This document shows positions 1 through 7,900 of a stretch of DNA of 40,083 nt, in pieces (the first letter of the stretch is position 1; each line of letters opens with the position of its first letter). The notes under the pieces are model-generated. The model was not told the origin of the DNA and searched no databases. It saw only the letters and a program-made list of their open reading frames with translations. Source of the DNA: Pseudomonadota bacterium (GTDB lineage Bacteria; Myxococcota_A; UBA9042); contig SXNM01000103.1 of the NCBI GenBank assembly GCA_005777155.1, positions 1 through 40,083 of the forward strand. The letters run 5' to 3'. Both the position numbers and the translations under genes were made by a program.

Positions 1-486
1 GCGCGGCTGAATCGCGTCAGCGCCGCCGCGCCGGAGTCGGCCAGCGATGCCCTGCAGCTGGCGCTCGACCACCTGCGCCTCCGCGCTGACACGGCCGTCG
101 CCGGCGGGCCGACGCCCGAGGCGCGGGCAGCGGTGGCCGGCGTCGCCCACGACGTCGCGGCCCTGCTGGCGATGGCTTCGGCGCCCATTCCGCCCGCACG
201 GCGCCTCGACGCTGCCCTGTTGCGGATCGAGTGTTTGGCCCGCAGCAGACCGCCCGCTGAAGGACTGGCGGAGGCCCTCACGGTAGAGGCGTTGGCGCGG
301 GCGCGCGGCGGACAGGCCCTTGGCGCTTGGCTCTTGCTGGTCGCCCAACTGGAGCCACGAGCGACGCCCGACGACGCCGAGGCTGGCGCCCGCGCAGGCG
401 CTCGGCTGGCCGAGGCGCTGGCGATCGCCGGCCGCAGCGGCGGGTCGGCGATCGACATGGTTCGCCGCGTAATCCACGGGTTCTGA
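1..486 (+). CDS. 3' part of an Ala/Leu-rich hypothetical protein (truncated by window start)
   Basis: Frame 1 is open from base 1 (ARLNRVSAAAPESASDALQLALDHLRLR...) through the track ORF 133..486 to TGA at 484-486. No recognisable motif. Confidence 0.6.
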   Translation, partial: ARLNRVSAAAPESASDALQLALDHLRLRADTAVAGGPTPEARAAVAGVAHDVAALLAMASAPIPPARRLDAALLRIECLARSRPPAEGLAEALTVEALARARGGQALGAWLLLVAQLEPRATPDDAEAGARAGARLAEALAIAGRSGGSAIDMVRRVIHGF

Positions 487-618
487 GCCTGACCGTGGTG
501 AGAGGCGACGTGCCTACGCCGCCGCCGAGAGCGAATTCAGCGAGGAAGCTGGCGTCGACCTGCGAGATCGTTATGATTGACTGTGGCTGTGTGTGCAAAC
601 ACGGCGGGGGGACGGCAG

Positions 619-3324
619 ATGATGAAAGCTCGCACTTTGAATTTCGTCGAAGGGACCCACACTCGCCCGCCCACAGTCGACCTGGTCCGCGGCGTGCGGG
701 CGCCGTCGCGGGCGAAGCCAGCCGCCATGGCCTTTGCGCTGGCGATCGCGTCGGCGTGCCTGAGCCTAGGATGTGGCAATGTCAAAGTGGTCGAAGACCC
801 CATCGACGACGCGACGGCGCAAGACAGCGGCGGCGGCGATGTGACCGGCGGTGGTGACGCGACCGGTGGTGACGCGACCGGTGGTGACGCGACCGGTGGT
901 GACGCGACCGGCGGCGACGCTGGGGGCAGCGACGGCGGTGGCAAGCTACAGTGCATCACCGACTACGACTGCAATGGCGTGCTCCTGGGCACGACGCCCT
1001 GCCGCCTGCCGATGTGCCAGGCTGGCACCTGCGCCTTGGTCGACACCGCAAAGGGCACCGCCTGCCAAAACCCTGGCGAATTGGTCGGCGAATGTGCGAC
1101 CTGCGGAGACGCCGGGCAGTGCGTCAAGGCGCCGGTTGATGACGGCAACCCATGCACCAAGGACTACTGCGACCAAGGCAAGGCCGTCGTGCACGAGCCA
1201 GTGACCGACCTGACGATCGCCTGCGAGGACGACGACGTCTGCTACGACAACGGCACCTGCGTCGAGGGCGAGTGCGCTGGCAAGCCCATCGACTGTAGCG
1301 ATGGCGTCGCCTGCACCTTCGACACCTGCGAGAAGGGGAGCGGCTGCAAGCACACGGCTGACGTCGGCGGCTGTGACGACGGCGATCCCTGCACCAAGGA
1401 CGCTTGTGACCTGAAGGCCGGATGCAAGGCCTCTGGCACCAACACAGGCGCCAACTGCGACGACGGGAACTCCTGCACCGAAAAGGACGCTTGCCTCGCC
1501 GACGGCAGCTGCGTCGGCACCTCGACCTGCGCCTGCAAGCTCGACACCGACTGCAAGAACGCCAACCTATGCCTCGGCACCATGGCGTGCGAGAAAGGGA
1601 TCTGCGTCACCAAGGGCACGGGCCCGGTCGCCTGTGACCAGAAGGGCAACACCGCCTGCGCCAAGCTGGAGTGCCAGCCCGCGACAGGCAAGTGCGAGCC
1701 GACGGCGGTCTCTGATGGCCTCGCCTGCGACGACGGCGACGCCTGTACGACCGAAAGCGGCTGCAAGTCGGGCGTCTGTGCCGGCAGCAAGCCGCCGCCA
1801 TGCAACGACAGCAACGACTGCACCAACGACAGCTGCGATCCGAAGAGCGGCTGCAAGCAGGTCGCCACCACGAAGCCCTGCCTCGATGACAACGCCTGCA
1901 CCGAAAAGGATAGCTGCGCCAATGGCGCCTGCGTCGGCGTGACCAAGGCCTGCGACGACGGGCTCGCCTGCACGGTCGACAGCTGCAACAAGACCACTGG
2001 CGCGTGCAGCAACACGCCGCAGGACGCGACCTGTGACGACAAGAACCTCTGCACCAAAGACAGCTGTGTGGCCGGCAAGGGCTGCAGCCTGACCGCCGAC
2101 GACAGCGCCAAGTGCACCGACGGCGACGAGTGCACCAACGACGCCTGCAAGGGCGGCGTCTGCGCCAGCGTCAACACCTGCCCGTGCAAGGCCGACACGG
2201 CGGCAAAGGACTGCGACGACAAGAACCCTTGCACCACCGACAGCTGCGATACCGCCGCCAAGAAGTGCGTCAACAGCCCCAACGGCGCCGATGGCAAGCC
2301 GTGCGACACCGGCGACAAGTGCCAGCAGCCCGGCAGCGGCGCCTGCGGCGGCGGGACGTGCAAGTCCAGCAACACGCACCTCGATTGCTCCAGCAAGTCG
2401 GGCCCCTGCGCCACCGGCACCTGCGTCGCGGCCACCGGCGCCTGTGTCGCCGCGCCCAAGGCCGACGGACTTGGCTGCAACGCCGATAGCTCAGCCTGCA
2501 CGGCCAACGACGCCTGCAAGTCGGGCACTTGCACGCCCGGCGTCGCGCTGTATTGCAACGACAGCAACCCATGCACCGCCGACAGCTGCAACAAGACGTC
2601 GGGCTGCGTCAGCATCGGGACCACCAGCAACCAACCCTGCGACGACGGCGACGCCTGCTCGGCTGGGGACACCTGTCAGACGGGCAAGTGCACCCCTGGC
2701 AAGCAGATTCCGTGCAGCGACGGCAGCAACTGCACCAACGATTACTGCAAGAACGGCGCATGCGTCGCCGAGCCCATCGCCAACTGCTGCGTAAAGACCT
2801 TTTTGCAGCACAAGTTCGACGTCAAGGCGCCGACCGACTGGGTCCTGACGCAGAGCAACGACCTCGTGCGCTGGCGCTTCCGCCTCGACACCGGCTTCGC
2901 CTACAGCGGGGCGGGCTCCCTGCACTACGGTTCGCTGGAGATGAAGGACATCATAGCCAAAGACGCAGCCGGCAGCCTGGTGCAAAACTCGGGGTCGGCC
3001 TACATGCCGCAGTTCCCGACAGGGACCGCCAGCAGCGTGACGCTGCGCTTCTGGCTGCTCTGGGACGCCGAGGTCAATGACGGCTACGACAAGCTGTCGG
3101 TCGTCACCAAGGTCGCCGGTAGCGACCTGCCGGCGATTCAGACCCACTGGACGTTGCCGAAGTTCCAGCTCGGCCCGAACTCGTGGCACCAGGTCACCGT
3201 CAAGATTCCGATTGGCAAAGGCACTCAAATCGGCTTCCTCTTTGACACCGTCGACGGCGCTGCCAACGAAAACTGGAAGGGCGTGTTCATCGACGACGTC
3301 GTGGTGGAAGGCCCTTGCGACTGA
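619..3324 (+). CDS. Cys-rich repeat lipoprotein with C-terminal MAM/jelly-roll-like domain
   Basis: Track ORF 577..3324. ATG 619/622 follows GGGGGGA; ATG 727 is an alternative start. Hydrophobic stretch plus lipobox (AFALAIASACLSLG-C), GGDAT linker, many CDDGxxCTxDxC repeats (Dicty_CTDC-like). C-terminal ~180 aa are nearly Cys-free and end FDTVDG..NENWKGVFIDDVVV. Confidence 0.85.
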   Translation: MMKARTLNFVEGTHTRPPTVDLVRGVRAPSRAKPAAMAFALAIASACLSLGCGNVKVVEDPIDDATAQDSGGGDVTGGGDATGGDATGGDATGGDATGGDAGGSDGGGKLQCITDYDCNGVLLGTTPCRLPMCQAGTCALVDTAKGTACQNPGELVGECATCGDAGQCVKAPVDDGNPCTKDYCDQGKAVVHEPVTDLTIACEDDDVCYDNGTCVEGECAGKPIDCSDGVACTFDTCEKGSGCKHTADVGGCDDGDPCTKDACDLKAGCKASGTNTGANCDDGNSCTEKDACLADGSCVGTSTCACKLDTDCKNANLCLGTMACEKGICVTKGTGPVACDQKGNTACAKLECQPATGKCEPTAVSDGLACDDGDACTTESGCKSGVCAGSKPPPCNDSNDCTNDSCDPKSGCKQVATTKPCLDDNACTEKDSCANGACVGVTKACDDGLACTVDSCNKTTGACSNTPQDATCDDKNLCTKDSCVAGKGCSLTADDSAKCTDGDECTNDACKGGVCASVNTCPCKADTAAKDCDDKNPCTTDSCDTAAKKCVNSPNGADGKPCDTGDKCQQPGSGACGGGTCKSSNTHLDCSSKSGPCATGTCVAATGACVAAPKADGLGCNADSSACTANDACKSGTCTPGVALYCNDSNPCTADSCNKTSGCVSIGTTSNQPCDDGDACSAGDTCQTGKCTPGKQIPCSDGSNCTNDYCKNGACVAEPIANCCVKTFLQHKFDVKAPTDWVLTQSNDLVRWRFRLDTGFAYSGAGSLHYGSLEMKDIIAKDAAGSLVQNSGSAYMPQFPTGTASSVTLRFWLLWDAEVNDGYDKLSVVTKVAGSDLPAIQTHWTLPKFQLGPNSWHQVTVKIPIGKGTQIGFLFDTVDGAANENWKGVFIDDVVVEGPCD
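850..909 (+). repeat. 15-bp coding tandem repeat (GGTGGTGACGCGACC x4), encodes GGDAT linker
   Basis: Four exact copies at 850, 865, 880 and 895, with degenerate flanking copies. In frame. Confidence 0.95.
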
Positions 3325-4844
3325 GGACGATCCCAGACCGCACCGGGCTGATGCGCGACGAGACCGGGACGCTCACCCGTCGCGGCCGCACAGAGCTGTT
3401 GCTCTGCTATCCCAACAGCTACCGCGTCGCCGGCGCCAGCCTCGGCCTGCAGGTGATGTACCGCCTGCTCAACGCCCGCGACGCCATCAGCTGCCAGCGC
3501 GCGGTGCTGCCGGAAGACGCGCTCAGCGACCCGAACGCCAAGATCCGCAGCCTCGAGCACGGGATGGCACCCGACCAGTTCGACGCCATCCTCTTCTCCA
3601 TCGCCTATGAGCTCGATATCCCCCACCTGCCGATGATGCTGGAGCGCGGCGGGGTGGCGCCTCTGCGCAGCGACCGCGCCGCCGACGCGCCGCCGGTGAT
3701 CGCCGGGGGGCCGCTGACGCAGAGCAACGTGCTGCCTTTGGCGCCCTTCGTCGACGCCGTGGTGTTGGGCGAGGCCGAGGCCGTGGTGCCTACGCTGCTC
3801 GACGCGCTGCAGGATCGCCCCGACCGCGCCACGCTGGTTGCCCGCCTTGACGGCGTTCCGGGCATCTGGCTGCCGGAGCGCCACGGCGACGCGGTGCCCG
3901 ACGTGCTGGTGGCGCGCGGCGACCACATCCCCGCCGTCGGCCAATGGCGCAGTCCGCACGCCGAGTTCGCCGACATGGCCTTGCTGGAGTCGAGCCGCGG
4001 CTGCCCGCGCTATTGCAAGTTCTGCGTCGTGCGGGCGCCGGCCTCGCCCATGCGTAGCCCAGAGCTGGAGCGCGTGCTGGCGGCGCTCGACCTGCCGCTC
4101 TACGCCAACGCGCCGCGCATCGGCCTGGTCGGCGCTGCGGTGAGCGACTGGCCGCCGCTCGTCGACGCGCTCCGCGCCATCGTCGAGCGCGGCAAGGGGG
4201 TCGGTGTGAGCAGTCTGCGCGCCGATCGCCTCGACGAGACCCTGGTCGGGCTGCTCGCCGCCGGTGGCTATCGCACGCTGACCGTGGCCTCCGACGCAGC
4301 CAGCCAGCGCCTGCGCGGCAAGATGATGAAGGGGCTCCGCGAGCGACACTTCCTCGCCGCCGCCGACCTGGCGCGCGGCCTTGGGCTCAAGGGCCTCAAG
4401 CTGTACGTGATCTTGGGCCTGCCAGACGAGACCGAGGCCGACATCGACGAGCTCATCGACTTCTGCCAGCGGCTGCGGGCAAAGGCGCCGCTGACGCTGA
4501 CGCTGTCGCCCTTCGTGCCGAAGCTCCACACGCCGCTGGCCGAGGCGCCTTTCGAGCCCATCGCCAGCCAGCAGGTCAAGCTCGAGCGGGTGCGGCGGGT
4601 GCTTGGCAAGGCGCAGGTCGAGGTCCGCTTCGACGCCCCGCGCTGGGCTTGGGTCGAGTATCGGCTAAGCCAAGGCGGCGCCGAGTCCGGGCTGGCGGCG
4701 TGGCGTGCGCTGCGCGACGGCGGCGGATGGAAGGACTGGCAGCGCGCTTTCGCCGAGATCGACGCCGGAGGCCAGGGCGGCGAGCGCGCGGCCGTCGTCG
4801 CGGCGCAGCGACATGGCCTCTGGGCGCTGGCGGGGGCCCGCTGA
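3315..4844 (+). CDS. Radical SAM protein with N-terminal B12-binding-like domain (uncharacterised, TIGR03960-like)
   Basis: CxxxCxxC motif in ESSRGCPRYCKFC. N-terminal CYPNSYRVAGASLG, FSIAYELD, VIAGGP, VVLGEAE; also SSLRAD, KLYVILGLPDET and PFVPKLHTP. Start is TTG 3315 (overlapping upstream stop) or ATG 3351. Confidence 0.9.
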   Translation: MRLRTIPDRTGLMRDETGTLTRRGRTELLLCYPNSYRVAGASLGLQVMYRLLNARDAISCQRAVLPEDALSDPNAKIRSLEHGMAPDQFDAILFSIAYELDIPHLPMMLERGGVAPLRSDRAADAPPVIAGGPLTQSNVLPLAPFVDAVVLGEAEAVVPTLLDALQDRPDRATLVARLDGVPGIWLPERHGDAVPDVLVARGDHIPAVGQWRSPHAEFADMALLESSRGCPRYCKFCVVRAPASPMRSPELERVLAALDLPLYANAPRIGLVGAAVSDWPPLVDALRAIVERGKGVGVSSLRADRLDETLVGLLAAGGYRTLTVASDAASQRLRGKMMKGLRERHFLAAADLARGLGLKGLKLYVILGLPDETEADIDELIDFCQRLRAKAPLTLTLSPFVPKLHTPLAEAPFEPIASQQVKLERVRRVLGKAQVEVRFDAPRWAWVEYRLSQGGAESGLAAWRALRDGGGWKDWQRAFAEIDAGGQGGERAAVVAAQRHGLWALAGAR

Positions 4845-4910
4845 CCCTGGCCGGCCCTGGGCCCCGTGCTGCGCGATCATAGATCAATCACGCTCTTCCC
4901 GAGGGGTTCC

Positions 4911-4940
4911 TTGACGCTGCCGGTGCCGCACCCCTACGCT
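4911..4940 (+). promoter_or_regulatory. Putative sigma70-type promoter for the 4991 operon
   Basis: TTGACG (4911-4916), 18-nt spacer, TACGCT (4935-4940), 50 nt upstream of ATG 4991 in an intergenic gap. Confidence 0.5.
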
Positions 4941-4990
4941 AGTGAGGCTGCGGACGCGGGCCGCCGCGGCGAGCGGGACGGCGCGCCATC

Positions 4991-7900
4991 ATGACACATA
5001 GGCTACTTCAATTGCCGCGCTCCGTGGCGCGCACGTGCATGGTTCGATGGTCCAGGTGGGCCTCGATCTGGTCGGTGACGTGGTTGGCGACCTCCGCACC
5101 CCTGCTAGCGCTCGCCGCGCCGCCGCAGATCGCCAACGCCTCGCTCGAGGTGGCCGACGCCGCAGATCCGACCCTGCCCGCGGGCTGGTTCGCCGACGCC
5201 TGGGGCAACCTCTTGTATGGGCACGCGTGGTTGCTGAGCGGCGCCTTCGAGGGAAGTCGCGCGATGCGGGTGGCGGTGTCGACGGTGAGCGGCGAAGGCG
5301 ACGCGCGCTGGATGTCGGCGTCGTTCCCGGTCGCTGCGCAGGCAGGGCAGACCTACAGCCTGCACCACCACTACCGATCCGACGTCTCGACCGCGGTCTG
5401 GGCGCAGGCGCAGTCTGTCGGCGGCGCGCAGTCGCAGTGGATCTTGGTCGGCAACGTGGCGGCCAGCGCGACGTGGACGGCGCACGCGGCGAACGTCAAC
5501 CTGCCGAGTTGGGCCGACACGCTGCGCGTCTGCCACGTGCTCGGCCAGCCCGGCTTCCTGGAGACAGACGCCTGGTCCTGGCAAGAGAAGCTACCCGACC
5601 CGCCGCCGCCGATTCAGCCCACCGATCCGCCGCTGGCGCCGGCCTCGCCGAACGCTGGCAACGTGCTGCCGAACCCGTCGTTCGAGGACACCAGCAGCTA
5701 CAGTAGCTCGACGCCCAAGTATTGGTCCTTCGTCGTCTGGGGCGCCGCCAGCGCCACCACCAGCGTCTGGAGCCAGGGGCCCGCCCATCAGGGAGCGTTC
5801 GCGCTGCGCATGAGCCAGCCGACGTTGCCGAAAGATGGCGACGCCAAGTGGTGGAGTGATGCCATTCCACTGCTGAATTTTGGCGGAAAGCTGCGCCTGA
5901 CCTGCTACTACCAGGGCACCGCTGGCGTCTCGCTCTTGCTGCGAGCCGAAGATAAGGCCGGCCAGGGCGGTCAGACGCAGTGGTACAGCGTGGCGTCGGG
6001 GCCGGCGTGGGCGGAGTGGCGCGTGCTGTCGGGCCTCATCGAGCTGCCCAGCTTCACCCATCAGGTGCGCGTCGGGCTGCGGATCGACGGCACCGGCGAC
6101 GCGGCGGTCGACGACTGCAGCTTCGCCGCCGAGGTGGAGACACCGGCCGTGGCGGTGGCGCTTGGCAGCGACAACGTCCTCGTCAACCCCTCGTTTGAGG
6201 TGGCGCACCCCTGGGATCCGGGCCGCCCGGCGAGCTGGGACGGGGTGGTCTACGGCACGGCGCAGGGCAAGGCGACATGGCTAACCGGCGGCTTCGACGG
6301 CGATCGCGCCGTTCGTGTCGAGGTCTTCGTCAAGACCGAGGGCGAAGGAGACGGCCGCTGGCAAAGCGCGCCGATCGCGCTCTTGCCGAAGTCGGCAAAC
6401 CCCTGGCGGGTCTCCATCAGCGATCGCTACCGCACCAACGCCCCGACACGCCTGCGCGCCCGCGTCCGCTCGGCCGACGGCAAGCAGGCGCAGTGGCTCA
6501 CAGGCCCGGAGCTGCCGACCTCGCCCGCCGCTTGGTCGCAGGCGCAGTGGGTCGTCGATCTGCCGGACTGGGCGGCGACGCTGGAGGTGATGCACTCCCT
6601 GGAGGTCGCAGGTCAGCTCGACATCGACGCCGTCGTCGTCGTCGCCGGGCCGCCGGACCCACCGCCGGCGCCGCAAGATCCGCCCCTGTCGCCGGCCTCG
6701 TTGCTCGGCTTCAACGTGCTGCCCAACCCGTCCTTTGAGGTGGCCAGCGTCGGCGATGCCAAGCGGCCCGCCTACTGGCGCATGGAGGCCTGGGACGCCG
6801 CGCTCGGTTTCGCCACCGCCGTCTGGCTCGACGCCGGCGCCAAGCACGGCCAGCGCGCGCTGCGCCTCGCCCAGGCTGCCCTGCCGGCCAGCGGCGACGC
6901 TAAGTGGTGGAGCGATCCAGTGCCCGTGACCGATGTGGCGACCGACCTCCGCGTCACCTGCCACTACCAGGGCACGGCGGGCGCCACGCTGCTTTTGCTG
7001 GCCACCAACGGCAAGGCGCAGGCTGAGGCGCAGGCCAAGTGGTACACCGTCGCCGCCGGACCGGCCTGGCCGTCTTGGCGCCCGCTCTCGGGCACGCTGA
7101 CGGGCGCCGCCCAGCTGCCGGCGTGGACCAGCCACGTCCGCGTCGGCATGCGCATCGAGGGGACCGGCGTCATCGACATCGACAGCTGCAGCGTCGGCGT
7201 CGCGGCGCCGCCGACGCTGCCGCCGCCGCAGGAGCTCGGCGACATCAACCTCGTCGCCAACCCCTCGCTCGAGCTCGCCGATCCGTGGGATCCCAGCATG
7301 CCAGCCAGCTGGGTCGGCTTCACCACCGGCCAGGTCATCGGCAGCGCCAGCTGGCAGCAGGTGGGCGCTGACGGTGGGCGCAGCGGCCGAATCGTCATCC
7401 TGAGCATCGACCCGCAGCTCGGCCCCGAGGGTGACGGCCGCTGGCGCAGCGCCCCCATCGCCCTCAAGGCGCCGGGGCGGGTGGCGCTCCGCACGCAGTA
7501 CCGCTCCAACATCGCCTCGCGGTTGCGGATTCGCGCCAGGTCTGCCGACGGCAAGCTGGTCGAGTGGCGTAGCTCGAAGCCCCTTCCCCCTGCGACCGGC
7601 GCCTGGGCAGAGGCAGAGCTGGTCGTCGACCTGCCGGCCTTTACCGCCACAATCGAGGTAGAGCAGTCCATTGACGCGGTCGGCTACCTGGACATCGACG
7701 ACGTGCGCGTGGTGCGTGGCCCGCCCGGGCCGATCGAGCCCGAGCCAGAGACCGGCGCCCCCAGCGAACCCGAGCCCGCTCCCTCGATCTTGGGCGAGGC
7801 CAACGCCGTGCCGAACCCCTCGATGGAGCAGGCGAGCACGCTGCAGCCGAGCCTGCCCTGGTGGTGGGGCGGTGTCGCCAGCGGCGCGATGAGCGGCACC

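Noticed and set aside
572-630. TATGAT -10-like box and a GCAAAC...GACG...AAAGC resemblance to a c-di-GMP-I riboswitch
   Set aside because: No good -35 at the right spacing, and the GNRA-capped stem and spacing of the riboswitch are missing.
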